DNA of 49,950 nucleotides from a virus: UHGV virus genome UHGV-0359583; one strand, 5' to 3'. Shown piece by piece: positions 36,873 to 46,061 of this stretch (position 1 is its first letter; each line of letters starts with the position of its first letter). The notes under the pieces were generated by a model. It saw only the letters and a program-made list of their open reading frames with translations, ran no database searches and was not told where the DNA came from. The position numbers and the translations under genes were made by a program.

Positions 36873-38144
36873 TTATTCATGGTACTCCTCCAGTACTATA
36901 TATGGTTTTCCATCCAATAAATATCTATCTTTAACAATAAACTTGGCATCACGATTAAACAGAACTTCTTTTTCAGACTTGTTGTAAGAACCTAAATCTT
37001 TTCCAGTTGAGCTCATTATAACAAATCTTAACGAGTCTTGCTCTGAGTAAATGTCTTTTGTAGTCGAAATGTATTCAGGAAATTGAACAACATCATTTAA
37101 ATTGTAGTTGTTAGCAAACTTCACTAGATCATCACTGCTATCAAAAAACATGGAACGTGTTACTTCACCATCATAGTTGGTCATTTTGTCTAACGCTTTG
37201 TCTAAATTGTCTATCAATTTCAAGTCGCTTTCATCTAACTGATAACCATTTCTTAGCTTATCGTTTAATTTGTAAGCTTCAGAGCTAACATATGTCTTGA
37301 CCGCATGCTCTTCTTGATTAGAAAGGCCAAGATCAATGCTTTCTTCAAGCAATTCTTCATCGTCGACTGGTTCAGCAACACAGCGACAATTATATTCTTC
37401 GCCTGGTAATAATGGATTATCAGCATAAAAGTAAATCTTCCCGTTACGTTCTCGATGAGAATCCCTAACTCGTTCATCTCCACTATCACTCCATCTAAAA
37501 GCTTGAAATCCCGCTCGTTTTTGGCGTTCACTATTCATCTGACCTAAAATAGTACCTGTCTGATCACGAGCAATAAACGCTGCTTTGTCTGATGACATAC
37601 CAGCTTGACGAACAAGCTCTTCTCTTATCTCGTTTGAAGATTTGCCTTCTGTGATTCCGCGATAAATAACCTGTTCAAACTTTTTTGAGTAATCATCACG
37701 AATATTAGTGACATAACTGATGTTTTCCGCTATTTTAGCTTGAACATAGCTGTCTAACCATTTTTCAGTCTGTAGTTGGTTTATTCCTCTAGCGCTAAGT
37801 TGAGAGTTCACATTAGACTTGTTAAATGCGTTAACACTATTAATATACTTACGAACTATTTTTTGTGCGGTTCTGTTTTGAAGAATACCTAAAAAGTATG
37901 TTTGCGCATTTTTGATTAGTTTCGATGCGGCATCGAATAGTCCGTCTTGAATAAACTTTGAATCATTTACTAGCTTATTTTCATCTATCATCGGTGCTAA
38001 ATACTTATCAAATTCATATAACGAAACTTTTTCTATTTCTTTTACGGCCTTCTGAATGTTTTTAGCATAGCTTTCTTCTAAACGTAACGGATATCTCGTT
38101 TTTGGATTATTTTTCATTATCTCTGTCCTGTTTGTAATTTTCAT
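36873..38144 (-). CDS. Head morphogenesis protein (Phage_Mu_F / SPP1 gp7 family) fused to a C-terminal ADP-ribosyltransferase toxin-like domain
   Basis: Mu F region '...RDSHRERNGKIY...CRCVAEPV'. ART-like motifs 'EVTRSMF' (R), 'YISTT' (STS-like) and 'SEKEVLFNRDAKFIV' (ExE, cf iota/C3 'EYEVLLNHGSKFKI'). Confidence 0.65.
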   Translation of the reverse strand: MKITNRTEIMKNNPKTRYPLRLEESYAKNIQKAVKEIEKVSLYEFDKYLAPMIDENKLVNDSKFIQDGLFDAASKLIKNAQTYFLGILQNRTAQKIVRKYINSVNAFNKSNVNSQLSARGINQLQTEKWLDSYVQAKIAENISYVTNIRDDYSKKFEQVIYRGITEGKSSNEIREELVRQAGMSSDKAAFIARDQTGTILGQMNSERQKRAGFQAFRWSDSGDERVRDSHRERNGKIYFYADNPLLPGEEYNCRCVAEPVDDEELLEESIDLGLSNQEEHAVKTYVSSEAYKLNDKLRNGYQLDESDLKLIDNLDKALDKMTNYDGEVTRSMFFDSSDDLVKFANNYNLNDVVQFPEYISTTKDIYSEQDSLRFVIMSSTGKDLGSYNKSEKEVLFNRDAKFIVKDRYLLDGKPYIVLEEYHE

Positions 38145-39501
38145 AAACTACAGCAGCCATCTTATCTAACTCATCCCTGGACAAGCTATCCGCGTTAAAT
38201 TTAGAGGTTTCTGTTATGCCAAAACGACCAAAGCGAGCTTCGTGAACATCATCAGGATCAGATACACCTGCCTCAATGTAAATCTTATCTGTTTCAGCAG
38301 TGAGTTTTCTAATCTCTGCATCTGTCTTGCTATCAACGTTCCATAACGGATTGAATTCAACGGACCATTCGATTGAATCAGGGTCAAGTCGACCGCCACA
38401 TTCGTCCTCTGCCCACATTAGACACCGCATGAGATATTCAAGGTGTGGTCTTAACTGATTTTCTTGTATAGCAGTTATACGAGAATAGTAGTTCATGACA
38501 TCATATTGTGCTCCAGTAACAGTTCCGCCCTCTTGACCTTTTAAAACAGTCTTAGGCATTCGAGCAGCGCCTGCTAAGTAGTCCCAAACAAAATCCAACA
38601 GTTCCCCAATTCCTGAAACGGGCGAACTTTCTTTTCCAAGGCTCTCTTCCGAATCAATGATGGCAAGTGCTTCTGTTCTAAACTTATAGTCCATTTTCAT
38701 GGCAATCTCCGCTTTTTCTGCTGCCGTTAAACTGCGGACATCCGACGACTTGTATACCTTAAAAATAAAATCATACAGAATTTGTCCGACAGACCAGACC
38801 GAGGTATCTGCCACCGTTAAAATGTCGTAAAGATTTTCTAAGAGCGATGAGCCTTCTAATTCATCCTCAAAGCGTAAATTTTGCTGGTGTAGCACTCGTG
38901 ACCTATGAATTTTAGTCGCAGTGCTGTAAGTCGTGTTATTTAACAGCTGGATACGACTGTTGTTTGATCTGTTGTTAACCTCAAATGATTCTATTTGCCC
39001 ATAATGAGGACTAAAAACATCTTCATCAATAATTCTATTACTAATCTTCTTGCCTGAGAATGCATTAATATACGGAACACTTTTAATGTTTTCAAAGTCT
39101 AATGGTTCACTTAGAGAGTATTCTCTTTTCTCTATTGTTCCAATACTTACGAATCCATCTCCATATAATCGTTCATACGTGAATAGTTGTTGTAATCGTT
39201 CCTTAGCCTTCAGTTGTCTCAGCTTACTTTCGTACAGAGCTTTTACTTTATCATCTTGCATTTTGAGACTCCACCCATTTCTAGTTAAGTCCTCTGCTGG
39301 AATGTCTACGATATTTTTCGCCATCGAGTTAGACGAGTAAAGTGACTCTAATTGTGAGTGTGACAATCTCTTGCTCATACCTGGTCTTTGTCTAGATAAG
39401 TTGTCTCTAGCGTGGCCTTTGCCATTTCCAAGCATAAAGTCACTTCGATATGCTTTCCCATCCAACTTTAATAAGTTAGCTTCATTAGCTATATTCCCCA
39501 T
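38107..39501 (-). CDS. Portal protein
   Basis: 464 aa; immediately downstream of the large terminase. Confidence 0.7.
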   Translation of the reverse strand: MGNIANEANLLKLDGKAYRSDFMLGNGKGHARDNLSRQRPGMSKRLSHSQLESLYSSNSMAKNIVDIPAEDLTRNGWSLKMQDDKVKALYESKLRQLKAKERLQQLFTYERLYGDGFVSIGTIEKREYSLSEPLDFENIKSVPYINAFSGKKISNRIIDEDVFSPHYGQIESFEVNNRSNNSRIQLLNNTTYSTATKIHRSRVLHQQNLRFEDELEGSSLLENLYDILTVADTSVWSVGQILYDFIFKVYKSSDVRSLTAAEKAEIAMKMDYKFRTEALAIIDSEESLGKESSPVSGIGELLDFVWDYLAGAARMPKTVLKGQEGGTVTGAQYDVMNYYSRITAIQENQLRPHLEYLMRCLMWAEDECGGRLDPDSIEWSVEFNPLWNVDSKTDAEIRKLTAETDKIYIEAGVSDPDDVHEARFGRFGITETSKFNADSLSRDELDKMAAVVYENYKQDRDNEK

Positions 39502-39523
39502 TTACTCACCGCCTTTCAATTTT

Positions 39524-40960
39524 TTAATTGTCGAGATACCTTTCTCTTAAACTTACTTTGCTGACCATTTTGTTTAACAATTGGGTCATACTGTCAACGT
39601 CATCATCATGTTCCGCATTTGGGAACGCTACTAGTTCATCAATAAAGTCATTTACCCAAGGACAAATTAAAGGGTGAGGAAGATATATATTTCCTGCTTC
39701 CCAAAGAGGAGCAACTGCGTTGGCTCTAACTTCTTTTCCACCATCTGGAGTTACAGGAACTATTCCAGATATCTTTTTCTTTAACATCTCAATAACAGCG
39801 GTTCCGTTTGCCTTATCCTCAATGTAAATTCCTCTGGCTTTAGGCCATTTATTACACATAACTTTGATTGCTTTCATCGTTTCAACTATGCCCATACGCT
39901 CATGATGACGGTCTAATAAATAAAAATCGGCTCTCTTCTTGCCCCATACCTGACCAGATACATAGTCAGATGTTTCGGTGTCTTTGAAAGTACAGTCCCA
40001 AGACTGAGCTTGTCTATCAAAAAGACGTGGTAAAATAACCACGTCATCGCCTAAACTTAATTCAATTTTTTTGGATAATGTTGGCACATAGAACTTAATC
40101 CATGAACGTTTGAAAATGTTACCACCTGCTGGCGTCGGTCGTTGTTGGTACAAAGCAGCCCAACCACGAGAACCAGTAACTGCCTTTGTTTTAGCAGCCC
40201 ACTCTTCATCTTTCCCGATTTCAGGTGCCAGTGCTTCTCCTGGTTTTCTTCCTAATAAATCATTTTCTTCCGCGATGGCAGGGATTTTAATTTCTTCCCA
40301 AGGCAATGTTTGTTCTTTTAACAGACGACCTGCTAAATCATCCTCATGCCATCTAGTCATGATTACAATGACACTGGCATCAGCCGTTAAACGAGAATAG
40401 AAAGTGTCTTGCCACTCATTATATATTTTATCGCGAATTGTTTTAGATTCAGCTTCTGCCCTATTTTTTATCGGATCATCGATAATTAAAAGCCTTGCTC
40501 CACGCCCTGTTGCACCACCTAGAATCGAAGTACTGTAAAGCGAGCCTAGATGACCTTCAACTCCCCATTCACTAACAGATGAAGTTTCAGAGCTTATTTG
40601 TAAGCCGAATAATTGGTCCGAAAACAAGCGGAACTTTTCGCGGTTTTTTCTCCCAAACTTTTGGAATAATTCTTTTGAATAAGAAACAACCATCACCAGA
40701 CTATCTGGATGTCTCATTAAATAATAAGCTGGAAATGTCTCTGTAATTACAGTAGATTTACCGTGTTGGGGAGGTATTTCGATAATATAATACTTTTGCT
40801 CCCCATCAATTATTTTTTGAAGTCGATCTGTAATGTACTTCTGATGTCTTAATAAATCCCATTGTTTACCATGTGACAAATAGAAGAAATCCCCATAATT
40901 TCGTCTAGCCAGTTCTTCCAATGCAGCGTTAGCTAATGCATCAAGTTGCTCTTGGTCCAT
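39524..40960 (-). CDS. terL: Terminase large subunit
   Basis: Walker A 'PPQHGKST', Walker B 'LLIIDDP', and a C-terminal nuclease region. Confidence 0.85.
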   Translation of the reverse strand: MDQEQLDALANAALEELARRNYGDFFYLSHGKQWDLLRHQKYITDRLQKIIDGEQKYYIIEIPPQHGKSTVITETFPAYYLMRHPDSLVMVVSYSKELFQKFGRKNREKFRLFSDQLFGLQISSETSSVSEWGVEGHLGSLYSTSILGGATGRGARLLIIDDPIKNRAEAESKTIRDKIYNEWQDTFYSRLTADASVIVIMTRWHEDDLAGRLLKEQTLPWEEIKIPAIAEENDLLGRKPGEALAPEIGKDEEWAAKTKAVTGSRGWAALYQQRPTPAGGNIFKRSWIKFYVPTLSKKIELSLGDDVVILPRLFDRQAQSWDCTFKDTETSDYVSGQVWGKKRADFYLLDRHHERMGIVETMKAIKVMCNKWPKARGIYIEDKANGTAVIEMLKKKISGIVPVTPDGGKEVRANAVAPLWEAGNIYLPHPLICPWVNDFIDELVAFPNAEHDDDVDSMTQLLNKMVSKVSLRERYLDN

Positions 40961-41675
40961 TTGCTAATCGCCTCAATTCTTCTTCCGACAAATTCGCAAG
41001 CGGATTAACATCCACTTTTCCGCTATGCTGTATCTGGTCAATTGCTTTAAATCCGCCTCGGTCTAAAATGTCTTGGAAAATAGATTTCTTTAGATTCTGT
41101 AATTTTTCCCATTCCTTGGCATCAAGATAACGAGATTGATGCTTTGACAATTCATTTAGTAACACAACTCTTTCAAGATTCAGTTCAAAATATTCTTTTT
41201 TTATGGAGTCAATCTGCTCTAAAAGACTTCTTTTGTGGCTTCGCATTTCTTTCTTTCGACCATCAATAGCATCTGCTGCCTTTTGTACTTTTTCTAAGTC
41301 GTTATTAGCCTTAAGCATTTCGAGCTCTAAATCGTTAAGTTCAGACTTTATTTTATCGATTGCTATCTCAGCTTCGTTGTGAGCTTGTATTTTCCCTTCA
41401 GTTTGCATTGCTATATCTAATAGCATTGAAAAACTACGCAATCCCTCGTCCTTCATACGATCGCGTAGTCTTTTCATTTCCAATTGAATTTTTTCTTTAA
41501 TGTAAGCATTTGTTAATAGCTTGTGTCCTTGTTGTCTAGCTGTCTTTTGAGAATAACCCACTTTGATTGCTGATTGTGTTGCATTAAAAGTTTGTAGATA
41601 ACAGTCAACAAACAAGTCATATCTCTCTTTTTTTTTATTTGATGGCTCTTTTCCGCTTCTTGCCATTGACCGCAC
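40941..41675 (-). CDS. terS: Terminase small subunit
   Basis: N-terminal HTH 'FNATQSAIKVGYSQKTARQQGHKLLTN' followed by a coiled coil; overlaps the terL start. Confidence 0.7.
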   Translation of the reverse strand: MRSMARSGKEPSNKKKERYDLFVDCYLQTFNATQSAIKVGYSQKTARQQGHKLLTNAYIKEKIQLEMKRLRDRMKDEGLRSFSMLLDIAMQTEGKIQAHNEAEIAIDKIKSELNDLELEMLKANNDLEKVQKAADAIDGRKKEMRSHKRSLLEQIDSIKKEYFELNLERVVLLNELSKHQSRYLDAKEWEKLQNLKKSIFQDILDRGGFKAIDQIQHSGKVDVNPLANLSEEELRRLANGPRAT

Positions 41676-41680
41676 CTCCC

Positions 41681-41893
41681 CTAACTTCTAAGTATTTTAT
41701 CAGCTTCAATAAGAGTTTTTAGATCACTAACTGAAGTTAGTTTGATTTCGCCATTTTTAAGATTTTTTAACCATTGGGCCATCGTGGCTCTTATAATTTT
41801 TCGGTATTGTTCATAATCTTCGGCATCTTCAAATTCTTTCTCTAATTCCAAATCTAAAATATCAATTTTTTCATGTTCTTCTTTTGTTCCCAT
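41681..41893 (-). CDS. Small protein upstream of terS. The start is reassigned to the internal ATG; the ORF track gives 41681..41953.
   Basis: GGGGTG SD 8 nt before ATG(41893). The track's N-terminal extension runs through a structured non-coding element. Confidence 0.45.
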   Translation of the reverse strand: MGTKEEHEKIDILDLELEKEFEDAEDYEQYRKIIRATMAQWLKNLKNGEIKLTSVSDLKTLIEADKILRS

Positions 41894-42036
41894 TGTTAAA
41901 ACACCCCGCATTTGATAAAATGCTAAAAGACACAGAGGGTGTCGAAAATCCACGCGTGGGAATTCTCTGTGTCTTCGGGGTGTTTTTTGCGTCCTGAGGA
42001 ATTAGTCGAGTGTTAGCTGCACTCGGCTTTTTTTAT
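41894..42036 (-). other. Highly structured leader / intergenic element (nested hairpins, with the SD sequestered in an outer stem)
   Basis: Inner 9-bp stem GACACAGAG/CTCTGTGTC around the CCACGCGTGG palindrome, followed by a U-tract. Outer stem ACACCCCG/CGGGGTGT, whose 3' arm is the SD. A second hairpin CGAGTG/CACTCG lies 5' of it. Confidence 0.5.
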
Positions 42037-43305
42037 TTATTCTACAAGTTCTGCAATGATTCCTGTTGATTTTTCAAAGCGTTCTATGATTACATCACAG
42101 AAGAGTGGATCTAATTCAAGCGTATAACAGATACGATTTAACTGTTCACAAGTCATTAATGTACTTCCTGAACCGCCAAATAGATCTAAAACAATATCTT
42201 GTCTTTTAGAGCTATTTCTAACTGGTATCGCAATAAGTGACAACGGCTTTTGTGTAGGATGATAATAAGTTGCTACATCATCTCTTGGTACTTTCCAAAT
42301 AGTAGCTGGTAAATCTTCTAATAGATCATCTTGCCAAACGGTCGTTTGTTTCCTATCACCGTACCAAGCAGGTGCCTGTTTTTTCTTATGAGCATAAAAA
42401 ACTGGCTCATGTTGCCATCTATATTGACTCCACCCAAACGTAGCATGATTTTTTACCCATATGCATTGGGAACGTACAAAAATCCCAGCAGCGTTCATGC
42501 TGTTTTCAAATTCACGTTGATAAGATGATCCGTGAAACACATAAATCGCTGAGTCATCTCTCATTGCGTTAGAATAGTTTTGAAATACTGACATCAAGAA
42601 TTGGTCGAACTCTTCATCACTCATGTCATCGTTCATAATTTTTTCCCGACCAGATTCGTTTAATTCTTTATTGTCAGATTTTACTGCTACATTATAAGGT
42701 GGATCAGTTACAACTAGATTTGCTTTTTTTCCTTGTAATAACTTTTCAACATCCGAAAGTTTTGTCGCGTCACCACACAGTAGATAATGATTACCAAGTT
42801 TCCATAATTGGCCCATTTTAGTATTAGCTTCAGGATGATTTTCTATGAACTCATTAACTTGAAAATCGTCTTCAATAATCGGTTTCTCAATATCTTCTTC
42901 ATAATTGAAAGAAGCGAGCAGACTGTCTACTTCTTCAGTGTCAAAACCAGTTAGATTAACAGCTTCATCATCTAATTCATTTAATATAACAGAGAGTTTT
43001 TCTTCATCCCACCGACCAGAAATCTTATTTAGAGCCACGTTGAGCGCTTTTTCTTTATCAAGAGGTAAATCTACCACGGATACCTCTATTTCATTGAACA
43101 AGCCCAGTTCTTTGGCAACAGCGACACGCTGATGTCCACCGACTAGATTGCCTGTTTGAATATTGTAAATAGGCGGATCTACAAATCCAAATTCTAGGAT
43201 AGATTGTTTTAGCTTCTCATACTCTTGCATTCCTGGTTTTAAATCAACTCTTGGATTGTAGTCAGCTGCTTTCAGATCAGATAATTTCATTTTTTCTATT
43301 TGCAT
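42037..43305 (-). CDS. ParB-like nuclease domain fused to an N6/N4 DNA methyltransferase
   Basis: N-terminal 'DLKAADYNPRVD...GGHQRVAVAKELG' is ParB_N-like. 'VVTDPPYNV' is motif IV. 'LDLFGGSGST' is motif I. Confidence 0.8.
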   Translation of the reverse strand: MQIEKMKLSDLKAADYNPRVDLKPGMQEYEKLKQSILEFGFVDPPIYNIQTGNLVGGHQRVAVAKELGLFNEIEVSVVDLPLDKEKALNVALNKISGRWDEEKLSVILNELDDEAVNLTGFDTEEVDSLLASFNYEEDIEKPIIEDDFQVNEFIENHPEANTKMGQLWKLGNHYLLCGDATKLSDVEKLLQGKKANLVVTDPPYNVAVKSDNKELNESGREKIMNDDMSDEEFDQFLMSVFQNYSNAMRDDSAIYVFHGSSYQREFENSMNAAGIFVRSQCIWVKNHATFGWSQYRWQHEPVFYAHKKKQAPAWYGDRKQTTVWQDDLLEDLPATIWKVPRDDVATYYHPTQKPLSLIAIPVRNSSKRQDIVLDLFGGSGSTLMTCEQLNRICYTLELDPLFCDVIIERFEKSTGIIAELVE

Positions 43306-43349
43306 GTTTTTTCTCCTTTAAACAAATAAAAAAGCCTAATTAGGCTTTT

Positions 43350-43652
43350 TTAGATAATAGTTAATAAATATTCTTGTTCAAGACAGTTTTTAATTTCAAT
43401 CGCAGCTATTTCTGCTTCTTTATATCTTTCTAATAATTTTTGATACTCATCTATACCCAACTCCGTATATGCTTTAGGGTTAATAGATAAAATATAAGTA
43501 TTTTCTTGATTCGGCATATTAACAAAATTAATCGATACCGAATCATTATTTTCTAAAATTACGTTAATTTCTTGTTCGTTAATCACTACTGTATAATTCT
43601 CATTTCCAAATTGTTTCATCTTATTCCCTCCAAAAATGTAATAATCCCTCAT
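43350..43652 (-). CDS. Hypothetical protein
   Basis: ORF track. Confidence 0.4.
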   Translation of the reverse strand: MRDYYIFGGNKMKQFGNENYTVVINEQEINVILENNDSVSINFVNMPNQENTYILSINPKAYTELGIDEYQKLLERYKEAEIAAIEIKNCLEQEYLLTII

Positions 43653-43720
43653 CTAGGTGTGTCTATATAACCATAGTATTAGATACTTGTACAGTCATCA
43701 TAGAACATTTATCAACTTAA

Positions 43721-43924
43721 TTATGGTATATGTGATTTGAAATTATTCTGAATGTGATAATCCTTAAAAAAGCCATATCCAATGTAAATTAGATCTAGCT
43801 TTCTAGACATTTTTTTACTAACAGGTCGTATACATTCAACAATTGCAAAGTCACGATTTAATTTTACTTCTCGAGTTATTTTTGGTGGGTAATTTTTACT
43901 TAAACTTATGTACCAGTAATTCAT
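43721..43924 (-). CDS. Hypothetical protein
   Basis: AGGGGA SD. Confidence 0.4.
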   Translation of the reverse strand: MNYWYISLSKNYPPKITREVKLNRDFAIVECIRPVSKKMSRKLDLIYIGYGFFKDYHIQNNFKSHIP

Positions 43925-44109
43925 AATGTATCCCCTATTTAAATTTGTGTGGAACGCCTAGCCGAATCCACACTGAATAACAATACTAGGTTGCTCGCCT
44001 TTTCCTGTTTCCGCAGGCAGGCACTTTGAAAGGAAGGAGTGAAAATCGTGTGTCACAGTAGTAGAAACATTTATTGACATATACCGATTTTTTATTTAAG
44101 CGGTTTCCC

Positions 44110-44192
44110 ACTTATTGACGTGACAGGAGTCGAACCTGCACAAGCAATCACGCACCATTGATTAAAAATCAACTGCTCTACCTATTGAGCTA
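44110..44192 (-). tRNA. tRNA-like gene with a predicted UUU (Lys) anticodon and an atypically long variable region; possibly a pseudo-tRNA
   Basis: Acceptor GACGTGT...(T)CACGTC, D-arm GCTCAATAGGTAGAGC, anticodon arm GTTGA-TTTTTAA-TCAAT, T-loop GGTTCGACTCC. About 17-19 nt lie between the anticodon and T arms. There is a T-T mismatch at 7:66. Confidence 0.5.
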
Positions 44193-44229
44193 CACGTCTA
44201 CCTAATTTACTCGTAATTTGCAGAAAATT

Positions 44230-44265
44230 AGAGGAGGAGGAACACCTCCTCTCTTGTATTTTTTT
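44230..44265. terminator. Bidirectional rho-independent terminator between the ArpU gene and the tRNA-like gene
   Basis: AGAGGAGG-aggaaca-CCTCCTCT with T-tracts on both strands. Confidence 0.6.
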
Positions 44266-44358
44266 ACAAGTAAATATTATTAAGCTACTCTACCAACTTA
44301 GAATAGGAGAATTTTACCTCTCATCTATAGGTGGGAATGGTTTACAAAAAAATGAAAT

Positions 44359-44982
44359 TTAAAATAATGAAATCTGATGTCCATATTCGAAATAAGCATC
44401 AATTTTATTCCTAATTCGTTGTGACATGGATTTAGCAGTCCCTACTTTAATATCCATTTTTTCAGCAGCTTCTGCATAAGTAAGTTGCTGATTATGGATA
44501 TAATCAAACAAATCACGTTCTCTCTCGCTGAACGTTGATAACAACTCTTTAAGTTGAATCAACATCTCTTGTTTCTCTTCAGTAATAGGGTAATTACGTG
44601 CAGATTCATACTGGTTACAATAAATTTCGTATGATATCTTATCCATATTTGTAATATGTTTAGCTCTGCGATATTTAGGTATTTTTTTTGCTGCCTCCTC
44701 ATCAAGAGGTCGCTCAATTCCATGTTCAAGCCAATATAACGCATATTTGGTAGATGAAATAATTTCAGCATAAATGGACTGTTCCTTTATATCTTCTGCA
44801 GTGCGGTCATCAATTGTTTCTAATCTGCCATTTTTTTCAATTTGATACTTCTTCTTTGCAATTCGTCGATGCTGACGACTTGCGTCTTTTAAATCAGACT
44901 TATATTCCTGAATCAAAATCTCTCTTCCGTGTTGGTCTAACATCGGCGAATCGCTCCTTCTAATAAAAATACAAAAAGACAC
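44359..44982 (-). CDS. ArpU/RinA-family late transcription activator (sigma70 region-4-like HTH)
   Basis: C-terminal 'LTYAEAAEKMDIKVGTAKSMSQRIRNKI'; positioned upstream of the packaging genes. Confidence 0.65.
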   Translation of the reverse strand: MSFCIFIRRSDSPMLDQHGREILIQEYKSDLKDASRQHRRIAKKKYQIEKNGRLETIDDRTAEDIKEQSIYAEIISSTKYALYWLEHGIERPLDEEAAKKIPKYRRAKHITNMDKISYEIYCNQYESARNYPITEEKQEMLIQLKELLSTFSERERDLFDYIHNQQLTYAEAAEKMDIKVGTAKSMSQRIRNKIDAYFEYGHQISLF

Positions 44983-45043
44983 CTAACCAATGTGTAAAAA
45001 CACAATTGGTCAGATGTCTTCTAGTATGTCTAGTCAGACTATA

Positions 45044-45232
45044 TTAAAATTTTTCTTTAATTTTTTGTTCAATAAACGTTACTTTACCAGCATGAGATAT
45101 TACTTCAACAATTCCATGTTCAGGCAGATCGGCTACTTTTGTTTGCCCGTTGCTAACTAGTATTATAACATGCTTTCCATCAAAATTCTCTAATTCGGAT
45201 AGTTTGGCTGGCTTAAAGTCCACATAATCCAC
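45044..45232 (-). CDS. Hypothetical protein
   Basis: ORF track. Confidence 0.4.
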   Translation of the reverse strand: MDYVDFKPAKLSELENFDGKHVIILVSNGQTKVADLPEHGIVEVISHAGKVTFIEQKIKEKF

Positions 45233-45363
45233 CTCTGATTATTTTTTCTTCATATTTATCGTTCCATTGGCCATTGCTTTCTCTTGTAAGCGACGCTTTT
45301 TCTTTTTAATTTTTGATTTTTTCTTACCCATAAATTTTCCTCTTTTCATTAATTAATATCTTA

Positions 45364-45543
45364 TTATTTCTTTTTTTCAGTCGCAAATCCCATGATGATT
45401 TGATTCTTTAGATATCGTAATTGCTGTCTGGCATATGCTTCCTCTCTACAGCAAGATAATCTATAGTTTATATCCTTTAAAACCGCTAAATCAAAATTGT
45501 ATTTGCCCAGTAATTCATTGATTTCTTCTTCAGCTGTTTTCAT
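45364..45543 (-). CDS. Small ORF (59 aa), hypothetical
   Basis: AAGGAGA SD; MKTAEEEINELLGKYNFDL... Confidence 0.35.
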   Translation of the reverse strand: MKTAEEEINELLGKYNFDLAVLKDINYRLSCCREEAYARQQLRYLKNQIIMGFATEKKK

Positions 45544-45750
45544 TTAATTCTCCTTTAGCGTGATCGGGCTGCCATACTTTAAAATTTCCCAAGCGCCATC
45601 TTTCATATTGGTTTTATTCATATGATTTCTTTCATCACGAGCAATTGTATAATCGAAAAATAAATCGGCTTGCTCTGATCCATGCAGGTACTCAACATAC
45701 ACGCCGTCTACTTGACGGCCTAAGATATAAACATCTGGATAACTTAGCAT
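45544..45750 (-). CDS. Hypothetical protein
   Basis: ORF track. Confidence 0.4.
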   Translation of the reverse strand: MLSYPDVYILGRQVDGVYVEYLHGSEQADLFFDYTIARDERNHMNKTNMKDGAWEILKYGSPITLKEN

Positions 45751-46061
45751 TGTTGTTCTCCTTCAAGAGATATAGTCACACCAGTGATTTTTAAGCCAAT
45801 TAGTTTACTTAAAACCATAATTGCTTCATCCACTAGCAATCCCTCTCGTTGAATAGAACTGGCACATGTAAAGCGGTCCATGCTTACAATCTCATCCACC
45901 GTAACAGGATATGGAATAGTAATGCCTGCTTTTTTGGCAATTTGTTCAATAGCTCGGACATGCGATTTATTCGCTGCTAAAATATACTGCCCTGTTCTCG
46001 CTGATTCTTTAACTAGCTCTGTTGTTTTTCCAGTTCCTCGACCTTTAGCAATAATTTTCAT
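45744..46061 (-). CDS. Mini P-loop NTPase (105 aa)
   Basis: Walker A 'AKGRGTGKTTEL'; Walker B-like 'GLLVDEA'. Confidence 0.5.
   Translation of the reverse strand: MKIIAKGRGTGKTTELVKESARTGQYILAANKSHVRAIEQIAKKAGITIPYPVTVDEIVSMDRFTCASSIQREGLLVDEAIMVLSKLIGLKITGVTISLEGEQQC

Noticed and set aside
41894-41953. N-terminal extension of the 90-aa ORF upstream of terS
   Set aside because: The extension runs through a highly structured palindromic element. An internal ATG at 41893 has its own GGGGTG SD.
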